Positions 40,652-42,146 of a stretch of 42,146 nt of DNA are shown in pieces. The notes under the pieces were generated by a model. It searched no databases and was not told the origin of the DNA. It was given only the letters and a program-made list of their open reading frames with translations. Made by a program: the position numbers and the translations under genes. The stretch is from Dehalococcoidales bacterium (GTDB lineage: Bacteria; Chloroflexota; Dehalococcoidia; Dehalococcoidales; RBG-16-60-22). The stretch's first letter is position 1, and each line of letters opens with the position of its first letter. The stretch covers positions 1 through 42,146 of the forward strand of contig DAOUDY010000003.1 of assembly GCA_034430755.1 (NCBI GenBank), read 5' to 3'.

Positions 40652-42146
40652 ATGAAACAGCCTCTCCTCGTTCTGTTTGACGGCAATGCCATCATCCACC
40701 GCGCCTACCATGCCTTTCAGACAAGCCGGTCGCCGGTGAGACTTACCGTGAGCAAGACCGGCGAGGTTGTCAGCGCCGTCTACGGCTTCACCCAGATGCT
40801 GCTCAAGACCCTGAACGAGCTCAAGCCCACGCATTACGCCATCGCCTTTGATAAGAAAGGCCCCACATTCCGCCATCAGCTCTTTGACCGGTACAAGGCA
40901 CACCGCCCCCCGGCTCCTCCAGAACTCATCAGCCAGATAGACCGGGTGAAGCAGATGGTTGAGGCCTTCAGCATTCCCATCTTTGAGCTTGACGGCTATG
41001 AAGCGGACGATATACTGGGAACGCTGAGCACCCAGGCCAGCCAGCAGGACGTTGACACCATCATCGTCACCGGTGATGCCGATACCATGCAGCTGGTTTC
41101 GCCTCATGTGAAGGTGCTCTATCCGAAGGCGGGCCGTTCTTTCAGCGATACCACGCTGTATGACGAGCCAGCGGTAAGCAACCGGTATGGAGTGAAACCG
41201 GAGCAGATTGCCGACCTCAAGGGACTGATGGGCGACCCCTCGGATAACATCCCCGGCGTCCCCGGCGTGGGGGAGAAAACGGCGGTCAAGCTGCTCCAGC
41301 AGTTCGGCACCGTGGAAAACATTTACGACCATATCGACGAGGTAACGCCCCCCAGGCTCCAGGAGACACTGCGCCAGAACGAGGAAGCGGCGCGCCAGAG
41401 CAAGCAACTGGCTATCATTGTTACCGAGGCACCGGTTGAGCTGAACCTCGACCTCTGTCAGGCGGGCCAGTATGACCGTGATACGGTCAACGAGCTTTTC
41501 CGCGAGCTTGAGTTTGTCCGGCTGCGCGACAGACTGCCTGATATTGAAGCTGAGGAAATGGCCTCTGAGGCACCAGCCAAAGTGAAAACCGGGCCGCCGC
41601 AGGGAGATTACCATATCGTCAATACCCCCGCTGACCTTGATGATTTGATAAACCGCCTGGCAGAGTCCGGGTCATTTGCCTTTGACACGGAGACGACCAG
41701 CCTGAACCCGATGCACGCCGAGCTGGTCGGCCTCTCGTTTTCACCGGCACCGGCCGAGGCGTACTACATCCCGGTGGGACATACCAGCCTGCAATCAGTG
41801 GCGCAGCTCCCCCTGGAGCAGGCCATTGACCGGCTCAAGCCCGTTCTGGAAGATAGCAAATTGGCCAAGCTGGCCCACAACGGCAAATACGACATGACCG
41901 TGCTGGCCGAGCACGGCGTGAGCGTGAATAACCTCACTTTCGACACCATGGTTGCCGCCTACCTGATGAGCGAGAAATCACTCGGCCTGAAAACCCTCGC
42001 CTTCAGCAAACTGAATATCGATATGACCCCTATAGCCGAACTTATCGGCACCGGCCCCAAACAGCGGCCCATGTCCCAGGTGGAGATAGAAAAGGTGGCC
42101 GATTACGCCTGTGCCGATGCCGATATGACCCGCCGCCTGGCAGACC
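40652..42146 (+). CDS. polA: DNA polymerase I, N-terminal part (continues beyond the window)
   Basis: This is not in the ORF track because it has no stop in the window. Translation from ATG 40652 gives MKQPLLVLFDGNAIIHRAYHA...GYEADDILGT...GDPSDNIPGVPGVGEKTA (5'-3' exonuclease/FEN domain), then 3'-5' exo-like motifs (FAFDTETTSL). It replaces the antisense ORF 40646-41614. Confidence 0.93.
   Translation, partial: MKQPLLVLFDGNAIIHRAYHAFQTSRSPVRLTVSKTGEVVSAVYGFTQMLLKTLNELKPTHYAIAFDKKGPTFRHQLFDRYKAHRPPAPPELISQIDRVKQMVEAFSIPIFELDGYEADDILGTLSTQASQQDVDTIIVTGDADTMQLVSPHVKVLYPKAGRSFSDTTLYDEPAVSNRYGVKPEQIADLKGLMGDPSDNIPGVPGVGEKTAVKLLQQFGTVENIYDHIDEVTPPRLQETLRQNEEAARQSKQLAIIVTEAPVELNLDLCQAGQYDRDTVNELFRELEFVRLRDRLPDIEAEEMASEAPAKVKTGPPQGDYHIVNTPADLDDLINRLAESGSFAFDTETTSLNPMHAELVGLSFSPAPAEAYYIPVGHTSLQSVAQLPLEQAIDRLKPVLEDSKLAKLAHNGKYDMTVLAEHGVSVNNLTFDTMVAAYLMSEKSLGLKTLAFSKLNIDMTPIAELIGTGPKQRPMSQVEIEKVADYACADADMTRRLAD

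Noticed and set aside
40646-41614. 322-aa minus-strand ORF covering the right end of the window.
   Set aside because: The plus strand in the same interval encodes an unmistakable DNA polymerase I 5'-3' exonuclease domain from ATG 40652. That gene is missing from the track only because it has no stop in the window. The minus ORF is its shadow.

Overview
This 42.1-kb window is a moderately GC-rich bacterial chromosome segment. By eye it looks Chloroflexota/Dehalococcoidia-like (a 23S rRNA with no 16S or tRNA genes upstream, a PurS-PurS-PurL fusion), but that placement is a low-confidence inference.

Housekeeping genes sit at both ends. On the left: 23S rRNA 5' end, argS, gatCA, an NYN-domain protein plus radical-SAM pair, a SatP-family channel, purQ/purL, yqeY, rpsU. 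On the right: dnaJ, the der-plsY-gpsA operon, argF, a histidine phosphatase, YtxH/DUF948-like proteins, an AI-2E permease, and the polA 5' end.

The centre (about 12.9-32.1 kb) is accessory and holds two convergent blocks.

(1) 12.9-24.1 kb, + strand: an XRE regulator, a sensor-less histidine kinase, an OmpR-type response regulator and an atypical NarL/LuxR-type regulator. These are followed by four paralogous secreted proteins (197, 175, 1587 and 339 aa) and an ER/archaeal-type (SipW/Sec11-like) signal peptidase. All four paralogs carry a SipW-cognate-style signal peptide (GG-x-[FY]-A|Y-[TA]-[YF]-T). Three end in C-E-x-T-Q-R. The 1587-aa member is a nested-insertion giant with DUF2341-like, LamG and three tandem jelly-roll-like repeats. 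A ~75-bp cis element is duplicated in front of the atypical regulator gene and the peptidase gene. I read this block as a candidate uncharacterised TasA/bundling-pilus-like surface-fibre system with a dedicated peptidase and regulon.

(2) 24.15-32.1 kb, - strand: a compact phage-derived head/neck/hub module (Cys-rich HTH, portal, scaffold, HK97-like capsid, LamG protein, adaptor-like protein, BNR+hub-like protein). It has no terminase, protease, integrase, tail tube or lysis genes, and it sits behind a near-consensus host-type promoter.

No CRISPR array, tRNA or transposase was seen. The many antisense ORFs in the track are shadow ORFs of GC-rich genes.
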